Shown here one piece after another: positions 26,837-35,704 of a stretch of DNA of 64,000 nt. The DNA comes from Candidatus Moraniibacteriota bacterium. GTDB lineage: Bacteria > Patescibacteriota > Minisyncoccia > Moranbacterales > UBA1568. Position 1 is the first letter of the stretch, and every line of letters begins with the position of its first letter. The DNA is taken from positions 24,002 to 88,001 of the forward strand of contig SSEF01000020.1 of the NCBI GenBank assembly GCA_008012175.1, read 5' to 3'. The translations under genes were made by a program, and so were the position numbers. The notes beneath the pieces were generated by a model. That model saw nothing but the letters and a program-made list of their open reading frames with translations. It was not told the DNA's origin and did not search any database.

Positions 26837-28342
26837 CTAGCGCTTATCATGATGGCGTTTCTCCTTTTCAAGACGCTCTTTTTCTTCCTCTTCTTCGTCA
26901 TCCTCGCTCGGCTTGGGGAGCGGGATACCATTCGGACCCATGAGCGCAGTATTGGCTTTCAAGATCTTCTTGGCTGCATCGACAAGCTTGTCCTGCATAA
27001 CCGTCTCCTGCGTACCGGACACCATGTCCTTCACGATGGCAGTGCCGTCAAGCGCCTCTTTCTGGCCGATGATGATAGTTACCTCGACGCCGAGGCGGTT
27101 CGCGACGCGGAGCTGGCTCTTGAGTGTTCCGCGACCAAACGATTCTGCGATGAGGATACCATTCTTCTCAAGGTCAGCGAAGAGGCGGAGCGATTTCTTC
27201 TTTGCCATATCGCCAAGCTGCGCGAGGAAGACGCGCGGCTTCGGCTCAACGTACGGCTTCACCTGGGTGCGCTTCATCTCGAGGATGATGCGGTCGAGGC
27301 CAAGGCCGAACCCGATCGCCGGTGTTGGTTCGCCGCCGAGCATCTGCACGAGCCGGTCATAGCGCCCGCCGCCACCGAGAGAATAACTCCGGCCCTCTTT
27401 GTCGGTCGAGCGGATCTCGAAGACAGTACGGGTGTAGTAGTCAAGCCCACGGACAAGCCGGGTATTGATCATGTACGGAAGCTCGAGCTCGTCGAGATAC
27501 TCAAGCAGGCGCTTGAAATGATCGCGTGATTCCTGATCGAGGTAGTCGAGAGACTGCGGTGCATGCGTTGTGATCTGGATGCACTTCTCTTCCTTGCAGT
27601 CGAGGATGCGCATCGGATTCGTCGTAAGGCGCTCCTTGCAGTTCTGGCAGAGGCGATGCTTCTGACTCTCCAGATAGCGGACGAGGACCTTCTCATAGTC
27701 GCGGCGGGATTCGGGCGTACCGATGGAGTTCACCTGGAACTCGATATTCTTCAATCCGAGGTCTCGGACAACGCGGAACGCGAGCTGGATCACCTGGGCA
27801 TCGAGGATTGGATCTTCTTCGCCGAAGACGTCAAAATTGGCCTGCGTGTGTTCGCGATAACGACCCTCTTGCGGCCGATCATAGCGAAAGAGGGAGCCCA
27901 TGGAGAAGAGTTTGATCGGCTTCGGCAGGACGCCCATCCCATGCTCAATATAGGCGCGGCACAGTCCGGCGGTCATCTCGGGGCGGAGCGCGACCCGATC
28001 ATTGCCACGCGTATTGAAGACGTACATCTCTTTGTCGATGATATCCGTACCTTCACCGAGCGTACGTAGATAGAGGTGGGCATACTCAACCATCGGGAGA
28101 TCGATGCGACGGTATCCATATTCGATCTGCGCATGCGAGAGAATACGACGCACCCTTTCCCAATACGGCTGTTCGTCCGGCAAGATGTCGCGCATACCAC
28201 GGAGCGCCTGGAGAAGCACTTCCTCTTGGGGCGCAACCGGGATAGCCGCGGCTGGTTTGGCGGATCTCTTTACAGCTGAAGCCTTAGCCTTCTTTACGGC
28301 TGGAGATTTCTTCGGAGCTTCCGTCTTTGTCGACTTGGCCAT
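26837..28342 (-). CDS. hisS: Histidine--tRNA ligase with Lys/Ala-rich N-terminal and charged C-terminal extensions
   Basis: 501 aa. Class II aaRS motifs (LRGMRD, FRYDRPQEGRYREHTQANFDVFG) and a C-terminal anticodon-binding domain. Confidence 0.9.
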   Translation of the reverse strand: MAKSTKTEAPKKSPAVKKAKASAVKRSAKPAAAIPVAPQEEVLLQALRGMRDILPDEQPYWERVRRILSHAQIEYGYRRIDLPMVEYAHLYLRTLGEGTDIIDKEMYVFNTRGNDRVALRPEMTAGLCRAYIEHGMGVLPKPIKLFSMGSLFRYDRPQEGRYREHTQANFDVFGEEDPILDAQVIQLAFRVVRDLGLKNIEFQVNSIGTPESRRDYEKVLVRYLESQKHRLCQNCKERLTTNPMRILDCKEEKCIQITTHAPQSLDYLDQESRDHFKRLLEYLDELELPYMINTRLVRGLDYYTRTVFEIRSTDKEGRSYSLGGGGRYDRLVQMLGGEPTPAIGFGLGLDRIILEMKRTQVKPYVEPKPRVFLAQLGDMAKKKSLRLFADLEKNGILIAESFGRGTLKSQLRVANRLGVEVTIIIGQKEALDGTAIVKDMVSGTQETVMQDKLVDAAKKILKANTALMGPNGIPLPKPSEDDEEEEEKERLEKEKRHHDKR

Positions 28343-28378
28343 AGAGGTGGCGTTAATGAGAAATAGTTTCGAAAAAAT

Positions 28379-29011
28379 TTAGTAGAGGGTCATCTCGGTA
28401 ACCGGCCATGCCCGAAGAAGCACTCGGCCGATGACTGCCGTTTTCTTGACTGGACCAAAGACACGCGAGTCGTAGCTGAATGCCCGGTTGTCCCCCATGA
28501 CAAAATACTCGTCTTCTCCAACCTTTGTCCGAGCGAGATCTGAAGTCTTCACGATTGAATCCAGATACGCACTCTCGTCAAGTAGATAGCCATCGGGATG
28601 AACCGCGTTGTAGATATACACCCTCCCCCCCTTGATCTCTACACTCTCGCCAGGCAACCCGATGACACGTTTGATGAAAAATTGGGACGGGTCACGCGGG
28701 AAACGGAAGACTACCGGCTCTTGGCGCGATAGCTCACGGAATGGGTCAACATCGATATCAACAAGCGGAATCTTCGTATGCTTCAGTCCAAACTCGCTAA
28801 TGACCAAATATTCCCCATCATCAAAATTCGGTTCCATGGATGAGCCCTGGACGAAGAACGGTTGGAACAAAAAAGTTCGAATCGGTATAATGACCACTGC
28901 AGCGAGGATGAGAATTTTTGCCATTTCCAGCAGCAGAGATCCTGTTGAAAGATACTCTTCATCTGGTTCGACTGGGACTGGGGACAGATTCTTTGATGTA
29001 TCTTCCATCAT
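28379..29011 (-). CDS. lepB: Signal peptidase I
   Basis: 210 aa. N-terminal TM helix, catalytic QGSSMEPNF (Ser) and ...IKRVIGLPGE... (Lys), and the GDNR box. Confidence 0.85.
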   Translation of the reverse strand: MMEDTSKNLSPVPVEPDEEYLSTGSLLLEMAKILILAAVVIIPIRTFLFQPFFVQGSSMEPNFDDGEYLVISEFGLKHTKIPLVDIDVDPFRELSRQEPVVFRFPRDPSQFFIKRVIGLPGESVEIKGGRVYIYNAVHPDGYLLDESAYLDSIVKTSDLARTKVGEDEYFVMGDNRAFSYDSRVFGPVKKTAVIGRVLLRAWPVTEMTLY

Positions 29012-29078
29012 AGTTAATTAGGGTATGAAGGCGGGAGAAGGCTGATCAACCGGGTCAACAACCGATAAAACAACCCAA

Positions 29079-30674
29079 TTGTACCACCTTTCACCGACGC
29101 TATCAAGAGGAGAAATGCCTTACTATAAAGAGAAAATTAGGAATCATCCCCCCGCAACCACTGGCCCGTTATCAGCCCGGGGATTTTCGCTTGGCCAGGC
29201 AGAACTCGGAGGATCTGAACGGACCACGCCACGGTTGCGCCGTTTCCTACAGCTCTTTATTGCGTCCGCGATTGGCTTATCGCTTGTACTTGGAATCGCA
29301 ACTATTTTTATAGGGACACGCTTCACCCAATCGCTACACTTTGAAAACCGCGACCTGTCATTCTTGAGCGGGATCCGTATCATCGGAGACTCGTTCCTCG
29401 GAACAGGAACCGCGCTCCGGGGCGAAACTGCCGGCCGAGTGAATATCCTCCTCCTCGGCCGCGCTGGAGAAAAATATCCCGGCCGTAATCTGACCGATAC
29501 CATCATGCTCCTCTCGCTCGACACTGAAAAGAAACTTGTCGGGCTCCTCTCGCTCCCCCGCGATCTCTTCGCGCCGATCCCTGGAACCGGACTTTCCACC
29601 AAACTGAACTCGCTCTACCAGATCGGATTGAACGAGGATGACGGCGCTGAGATCCTCCGGGAAAGCGTCGCTGAAATCACCGGCCAGCCTATTCACTACT
29701 ATGCCATGATCGACTTCGACGGCTTCGAACGGATGATTGATGCACTTGGCGGCATCCAAGTCGAAGTGATGCGCGACATCTACGATCCACGCTATCCCGG
29801 CAAGAACTACAGCTACGAGACCTTCGAGCTCAAAAAGGGGTGGCAGAGGCTCGACGGCAAGACCGCACTGAAGTACGCTCGCGAGCGGCATGACGATCCC
29901 GAGGGTGACTTCGGCCGGACAAAGCGACAACAACAGATCATGCAGGCAGTCCGCGACCAGGTCTGGTCCATCCCGACCTTCCTGAATCCGTTCACGCTCT
30001 CTGGCTTCCTCGAAAGTCTCGGTGAAAGTGTGACGACCGATATTCCGCCAGAAGAATTTGGCCGCGTGATCGAACTGGCACGATCCATCGATACGAAAAA
30101 TGTTTCGACGATTGTCATCGACGCTTGGAAGAAAGAGAGCTTACTGCGTGTTTCCCACGTCGAGAATGGCGGAGTCCGCGCCTTCATCCTCGTCCCGAGG
30201 AGCGGCACCTGGAGCGAGATCCGAGATGCGGCCGAGCACCTCTTCGAAGCGAATACTCTCGAGATGAAGCGCGAAGCGATGAAAAAGGAATCGGCCAGGA
30301 TCCTCGTCCTCGCCGCCCCTCGCTATCGGGCTAATGCCGAAGCGCTCGTCGCTGATATCCGCGAGACATTCCCTATCGCGAGCGTGAAGCTCCAAAGCAA
30401 TAGCGACTTGGACAGGGTGGGCGAAGCCGCTATGATACAGGACAAGAGTGGTGTCCGCGCCCCCTACACGCTCGATACGCTCATCGCCCGTTACGGCCTC
30501 GCGGTCGGCGATATCCGCGACACTGCCGGCCTGACTCGCGACGATACTGACCTCGTCATCCTGTACAATCAGTCCGGACCCGTTCTCCCGACACTCGATC
30601 GGACCGATACACTGATCGGCGAAACCGACTTCCAAGAACCGCTCGCTCCGCAGAAAAATCCGTATACTCGCTAG
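29079..30674 (+). CDS. LytR-CpsA-Psr (LCP) family cell-envelope phosphotransferase
   Basis: 531 aa. N-terminal TM helix. LCP core RNLTDTIMLLSLDTEKKLVGLLSLPRD...YARERH. Confidence 0.8.
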   Translation: MYHLSPTLSRGEMPYYKEKIRNHPPATTGPLSARGFSLGQAELGGSERTTPRLRRFLQLFIASAIGLSLVLGIATIFIGTRFTQSLHFENRDLSFLSGIRIIGDSFLGTGTALRGETAGRVNILLLGRAGEKYPGRNLTDTIMLLSLDTEKKLVGLLSLPRDLFAPIPGTGLSTKLNSLYQIGLNEDDGAEILRESVAEITGQPIHYYAMIDFDGFERMIDALGGIQVEVMRDIYDPRYPGKNYSYETFELKKGWQRLDGKTALKYARERHDDPEGDFGRTKRQQQIMQAVRDQVWSIPTFLNPFTLSGFLESLGESVTTDIPPEEFGRVIELARSIDTKNVSTIVIDAWKKESLLRVSHVENGGVRAFILVPRSGTWSEIRDAAEHLFEANTLEMKREAMKKESARILVLAAPRYRANAEALVADIRETFPIASVKLQSNSDLDRVGEAAMIQDKSGVRAPYTLDTLIARYGLAVGDIRDTAGLTRDDTDLVILYNQSGPVLPTLDRTDTLIGETDFQEPLAPQKNPYTR

Positions 30675-30682
30675 ATACCTCT

Positions 30683-31231
30683 ATGACCACGCTCATTGTT
30701 GGCCTCGGCAATCCCGGCCCGGAATACGCTCTCACCCGCCACAATATCGGCTTCCTCGCGCTCGATCGGCTCCGCGAGGAGTTCGGCGCGCCCGAGTTCC
30801 GACCCGAAGCAAAATTTTTTGCCGACCTCTCGTCCACGATCGTGAACGGAAACAAAGTCATCCTCGCCAAGCCCACGACTTATATGAACGAGTCCGGCCG
30901 CGCTGTCCGAGCGATCCTCGACTACTACAAGCTCGATCCGAAATCGCTCGCCGTCATCCATGACGACCTCGACATCGCTCCTGGCACGCTCCGCGCCACC
31001 GACTCATCGCGGGCTGCTGGACACAATGGCGTCCAGGATATCATCGATGTGCTCGGCACTCAGGACTTCTTCCGTCTTCGTCTCGGCATCGGCCGACCAG
31101 TAGACGTCGAAGGTGCCTGTATGTCGTCCCACGACTATGTCCTCGGTCGTTTCTCGGAAGCGGAGTCGAACGGGCAGGCCGCCCTCTTCGACGCTCTCGT
31201 CGCCGCCGTCCGGGCACGCCTCTCCAGCTAG
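30683..31231 (+). CDS. pth: Peptidyl-tRNA hydrolase
   Basis: 182 aa. LIVGLGNPGPEYALTRHNIGF and HNG motifs. Confidence 0.92.
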   Translation: MTTLIVGLGNPGPEYALTRHNIGFLALDRLREEFGAPEFRPEAKFFADLSSTIVNGNKVILAKPTTYMNESGRAVRAILDYYKLDPKSLAVIHDDLDIAPGTLRATDSSRAAGHNGVQDIIDVLGTQDFFRLRLGIGRPVDVEGACMSSHDYVLGRFSEAESNGQAALFDALVAAVRARLSS

Positions 31232-31376
31232 ATCAGAGCCGTTCGCGCATATGAAAACCGCCCGGGCGATCGGACGGTTTTTATTGTTGATGCTAAAGAA
31301 TATAGCTCCGATTTTTTTTGATAAAAAACAGGCGGCTTGGCAATCTCTTGCCATGCCGCCCATGAAACGATTCCGT

Positions 31377-32780
31377 TCAGAACGCGAATCGCAGACCGGT
31401 TACGATCTGATGATCCGAGGTCCCTGCATCACCGCCGGCGAGCCGCCTGTAGAGCGTCACGAACCAACGCACCGGACTGTCACCAATCGGCATTGAAACA
31501 TCGCCTTTCAGCATAGTGACCGGTTCGGTATTTCCCGGACCGCGGATGTGATACATCCCCAGATTGGTCGCTACCCCGTTCCACTGCCAGTCATGCTGCC
31601 ACCAGAGACCGGTTTGGCTCCCTGGCCGTCCGCCGGTATCCAGGAGGACGAGCTGCACTTTGCCGCAGACTTCCCCGCCACAGACCACCGCTTGAGGCGC
31701 GTGGATGCCGAGTTTCGGAATGAGCCGGTAGTAATTGTACGAGAGATCAGTACGCAGCCCCTCGATAGATGACCGCCAGCCGACCGTGACATCGATTTCC
31801 TGTCCGTCAGGTGTCTGCATTCCGGACGAAGCCCAGAGATTCAAGTACGCGCCCGTCGCCACATGGCTCGCCTCCACCCACGGTTGGATCACCGGACCAG
31901 GAGTCGGGACAAACCCGCTGTTGAGGACATACTGATTCTGAAGACTCATTCCACCGGACCAACTAAGTTCGGCTGCTGGCGAGTCCTCGTCCTTCTTCTT
32001 CTCCGGGCTCGCCGCCTTCACCGCGATCGGACAGATCACAGAGAACGCCGTGCTCACCATGACGGTGACGACTCGTACAAGATCACGGAGCTGCTGCTTC
32101 GGATCACCCCGATATGCGAAGAGCGTGACTGGCCAGGCGAGGAGCGAGAACGGAAGCCGTCCCATGAGAATCTCGAACCAGATATTGAAACCCTGGCCCT
32201 TGAGGCGGATCAGGAAGACAAGGAACGAGAGCACCATCCCCTCGGCATAGAGATACAGGATCTCTTCGCCGTGAAACTTCGTCTCGATGCCGTCGGAACC
32301 GATCAGCTTCTGTTCCCATCCTGGATGCTCGGCATCGAACCGCTCCCGTGCCGCACCAATCTCCTGAGCTGAGAACGCTGCGCGATATCTCTCTGATGTG
32401 GTGAACTGTGTCAGAGACTGGTCCGCGCCGAAACACTCTCTGTATGCCTGAGCCAAGCCTTCAGGTACTGCAGGTATCCCCTTGAAAACCCGTCTCATTA
32501 GCCGGCACTGGTTCTCGGCCTGACTCTTGGCCACAAGCTCCTCGAAATATCCGATTGCATCGCTCTTTAGCGGAGCAGTACTTATCGCCTGGTACTCACG
32601 TACCAGGGTGACGATCTCCTCAGAAGTCTTGAGATATTCCCTGTGGACCGTCTCACTCGTAAGCCGCGTGAAATGAAACAGTGCGACTACGAAGAGAAGA
32701 GTAAAGAGCACTATCTGTGCCCATATCCAACCATCTTGCCCGCTCGAAAATTCTCGGGCCTCACATCGCAGCGTCCTCAT
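31377..32780 (-). CDS. Hypothetical polytopic membrane protein with a beta-rich, Trp-rich C-terminal domain
   Basis: 467 aa. Four or five predicted TM helices. The C-terminus ...VTGLRFAF ends in an aromatic residue. Confidence 0.45.
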   Translation of the reverse strand: MRTLRCEAREFSSGQDGWIWAQIVLFTLLFVVALFHFTRLTSETVHREYLKTSEEIVTLVREYQAISTAPLKSDAIGYFEELVAKSQAENQCRLMRRVFKGIPAVPEGLAQAYRECFGADQSLTQFTTSERYRAAFSAQEIGAARERFDAEHPGWEQKLIGSDGIETKFHGEEILYLYAEGMVLSFLVFLIRLKGQGFNIWFEILMGRLPFSLLAWPVTLFAYRGDPKQQLRDLVRVVTVMVSTAFSVICPIAVKAASPEKKKDEDSPAAELSWSGGMSLQNQYVLNSGFVPTPGPVIQPWVEASHVATGAYLNLWASSGMQTPDGQEIDVTVGWRSSIEGLRTDLSYNYYRLIPKLGIHAPQAVVCGGEVCGKVQLVLLDTGGRPGSQTGLWWQHDWQWNGVATNLGMYHIRGPGNTEPVTMLKGDVSMPIGDSPVRWFVTLYRRLAGGDAGTSDHQIVTGLRFAF

Positions 32781-32972
32781 GGATATTTCCTCCGAAGTGG
32801 ACTCATCCGAAACCGTCGGAACCGCGGGTTACTACATAGAAAAGAACGAAATCCTTTATATCACATATTTGTAATCATGTCAACTATGCTTGAATGGTAC
32901 ACGCATGGTACGGAAACAAAAAGAGACTCGGGAGAGCCTCTTTTTGAATGATCTCTATAGTAGTCGGAGGGA

Positions 32973-33647
32973 TTATTTCTTCTCTTCCTTCTTCTCACCC
33001 TCAGCACCTTCCGGCGTTTCCTTTACGACGCCCTCCACCTTGGTCACATCCATCTCGACTTTCTCGTCGAGAGCGGCGACTTCGGCCTCGGTGCGCGGCG
33101 CCTCGACGAGCGCGACGATCGTCTCGAGCGTCTCGAGCATCTCGACACCCGCCGGGAGCACAATATCCGAGACCTTGAACTGGTCGTCGAACGTGGCAAG
33201 CCGAGCGAGATCAACTGCGAGGGAATGCGGCAAATCCTTCGGGAGACACTTCACCTTCACCTCATCGAGATTCTTGATGAGAACGCCGCCGAGCGCCTTC
33301 ACGGCCGGTGCCTCACCTACGAATTCGAGCGGGATATCGGTCTCGATCTCCTCGTTCATATCCACTTGGTAGAAATCAATATGCATGAATCGTCCCGAAA
33401 GCGGATCGATCTGGACATCATGAACGAGGACATTCACAGCTTTTTTCCCGTCAAAGGAAAGCTCGACAATAGTACTCTCGCCTGCCGCCTTGTACAGCTT
33501 GGTGAAATCTATATAACGAACCGAGAGGTTCATTGGCTCCTTACTGTGCCCATACCGAACCGCCGGGATGAACCCATCTTCACGAAGTTTGGAGAGGGAT
33601 TTCCCAGACTCCTTCCTTTCCAGCACATTCAGCTTCAAAGTATCCAT
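32973..33647 (-). CDS. rplY: 50S ribosomal protein L25 / general stress protein Ctc
   Basis: 224 aa. MDTLKLNVLERKESGKSLSKLREDGFIPAVRYG is the L25 N-terminal signature. There is a C-terminal acidic tail. It is convergent with pth. Confidence 0.85.
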   Translation of the reverse strand: MDTLKLNVLERKESGKSLSKLREDGFIPAVRYGHSKEPMNLSVRYIDFTKLYKAAGESTIVELSFDGKKAVNVLVHDVQIDPLSGRFMHIDFYQVDMNEEIETDIPLEFVGEAPAVKALGGVLIKNLDEVKVKCLPKDLPHSLAVDLARLATFDDQFKVSDIVLPAGVEMLETLETIVALVEAPRTEAEVAALDEKVEMDVTKVEGVVKETPEGAEGEKKEEKK

Positions 33648-33692
33648 ATAATATTTATCGGTAGTTTATAAGAAAACTAGTCACTACTTTAC

Positions 33693-34013
33693 CTACCGGA
33701 TAAGCTCATCAACACTCCGGTGCTCCTTCAGGAACCGATGAACTGTCAAAACTTCATCGCTTGAAATGACTTCTCCTTTGAAAAGCCGCCTGGCTTCTCC
33801 CTGCTCAAGATCAGTGAGCACTCCCATGGAAACAACGCCGACAGGCGACATTGAGACATAGACAAGGCTCGATGCGCTGCAACTCTCGCAGGTGAGATGA
33901 AGCGTGGAGCGCTTGTCTTCCTGGTCGAGGAGCAGCACCTTGGCTGGCCGGTACTCCTTGCTGCAGACCGGGCAATGGACAAGGGCCTTCAGATTTTCGA
34001 GGTTAGGCTTCAC
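33693..34013 (-). CDS. Hypothetical small zinc-ribbon-like protein
   Basis: 106 aa. Two CxxC pairs (CPVCSKEY and CESCSASS). Confidence 0.4.
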   Translation of the reverse strand: MKPNLENLKALVHCPVCSKEYRPAKVLLLDQEDKRSTLHLTCESCSASSLVYVSMSPVGVVSMGVLTDLEQGEARRLFKGEVISSDEVLTVHRFLKEHRSVDELIR

Positions 34014-34258
34014 GGTACTAGTTTACCCTGTTGAACAACTTTGAACAATTGAAGTGCTCCAAGGAAGAAAAGGACCTTCTTGGCAGAAAATCTTCTTCAA
34101 TGTTTCACAAGCGTCTATAGGTGAATCAAAAAATGCCCTGGACCAGCAATTTTTGAGTAAAACTAGTGTACCAGGAAGACCTACCGGGGTCAACCCCGTT
34201 TCATTGAATGGAAATTGACCAGCATCTTCCGCAATGCTAACCTACAGCGTCGTTCTTT

Positions 34259-34849
34259 TTGATAAGGAGCCTGGAAATGAGCACTTCTTTCGCTCTTCTC
34301 TTCATGCGTGCCATCGCGCTCGATGAGCGCCCCCCTCTCCGCTTTCTCCAGAATCGTGACTGGAGCGGGCTCTGGCAGATACGCGAACACCTCATCCTTC
34401 GCGCCGCAAATGCTGCCTTGCACCGGGGCCGCTCGTACCGTGACTTCCGTGTCGGCGCTGCTGCCTATGTCACGTGCCGGAAACCCGACCTCATGCGTTC
34501 GCTCGGCCGGACACCGCAGCACATCTATACCGGCGCCAACTGGAAACTGGGCCCAGACGAGCGCAATACCTGCGCCGAGCAGGAAATCGTCGCTCAGATC
34601 CGCCAGAACCAGCACTTCTTTCCGGCACGGCGGATCCTCGCCCTCACCGTGTATGGCTCACCCCAGGACGAGCCCGATGCTGAGAGCGGCATCCGGACAC
34701 CGACCCTCCATCCCTGCCGACACTGCCGGCGGCTCCTCCGAGAAATCCCCGAGATGCGGCCGGACACAGTCATTATCACGGCATCGCCCGATGGTCCGAT
34801 GGAACTCATGTCGTTTGCTGAACTCCTCCGCATCCACGGAATGGCATGA
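34259..34849 (+). CDS. cdd: Cytidine/deoxycytidylate deaminase family protein (tetrameric CDA-like) with an N-terminal extension
   Basis: The core LILRAANAALHRGRSYRDFRVGAAAYV...CAEQEI...PCRHCRRLL is the CAE...PCxxC zinc-binding signature of cytidine deaminases. Confidence 0.68.
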   Translation: MIRSLEMSTSFALLFMRAIALDERPPLRFLQNRDWSGLWQIREHLILRAANAALHRGRSYRDFRVGAAAYVTCRKPDLMRSLGRTPQHIYTGANWKLGPDERNTCAEQEIVAQIRQNQHFFPARRILALTVYGSPQDEPDAESGIRTPTLHPCRHCRRLLREIPEMRPDTVIITASPDGPMELMSFAELLRIHGMA

Positions 34850-34963
34850 ATGGACACGGCCGTTTCTTCCTTTGCAAGACCAATGTCTTGCTTTTTTTTC
34901 CAAAACAAAAAAGAGCTGGTCAGGCTCTTTGGAATTTTATTGACCATTTTGATTCGGAAGGTC

Positions 34964-35521
34964 CTACTCAGCCCAACGGCACGCCTTGAGAAGCGGCCAG
35001 AGATAGAGATTGCCGTCTTCTCGGGCAAATTGGGATATCCCCTCTCCCTCGAGGCCAAAGAACCTGATGGCGATAGCAGACATGGCTGCCTCCTCCAAAT
35101 CAGAGAGACCCGGAGGGCCAAACGGTGCATGGTCACCAGGAATGATTCCGTCCCAACGCGCGTTGGGTATCTGAGTCGCAATCCGGTCAAGACGGTCGAC
35201 AGCGAAAATGTCGGCTGAAGGAGAGGTTCCCGCAAATGAACGGATTTGATCGACTCTCCCCGATGCACGAGAAAAGCACCGCCCAAGCCGCTCAGGAATG
35301 GCGCTGCCAATCCTCATTGCCAATATCGTCCCTTCATTGGTTCTCCCGAAAAGTTCATCCATGGCTCGAAAAACTTCGGCCGCGATATCGGCAAACCGGC
35401 TACTCTCAAAAGGATAGCCGGAACACTCCTTTACGATTGCTTGATTCACGATGCTCCTTTCGTCGACAGATAATTTGGAAACACATTTGTGGACACATGT
35501 GAATTTAGGAAGAGGTCCCAC
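34964..35521 (-). CDS. Hypothetical protein
   Basis: 185-aa ORF with no recognised motif. Coding is uncertain. Confidence 0.35.
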   Translation of the reverse strand: MGPLPKFTCVHKCVSKLSVDERSIVNQAIVKECSGYPFESSRFADIAAEVFRAMDELFGRTNEGTILAMRIGSAIPERLGRCFSRASGRVDQIRSFAGTSPSADIFAVDRLDRIATQIPNARWDGIIPGDHAPFGPPGLSDLEEAAMSAIAIRFFGLEGEGISQFAREDGNLYLWPLLKACRWAE

Positions 35522-35704
35522 TCGGCGTTTCGCTTGGAAATAAAAGGTACGAGGCCCTTATGATAGTTTTTTACAGTCCTACCGTCAAGGGTATACGAGG
35601 CATCCTTCGCTCATCGACACGATCCATTCCCGTACTGACGATGACTTCGCCTGACTCCGGCATGTCATCCGAAGACGACATGGGGCGCCCCGCCTGAGAC
35701 GAAA

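Noticed and set aside
34594-35310. 238-aa minus-strand ORF overlapping the cdd-like gene and the 34964-35521 ORF
   Set aside because: It overlaps the deaminase gene, whose CAE/PCxxC motifs mark the real frame. The overlapping ORF is Arg/Ser-rich low-complexity sequence.
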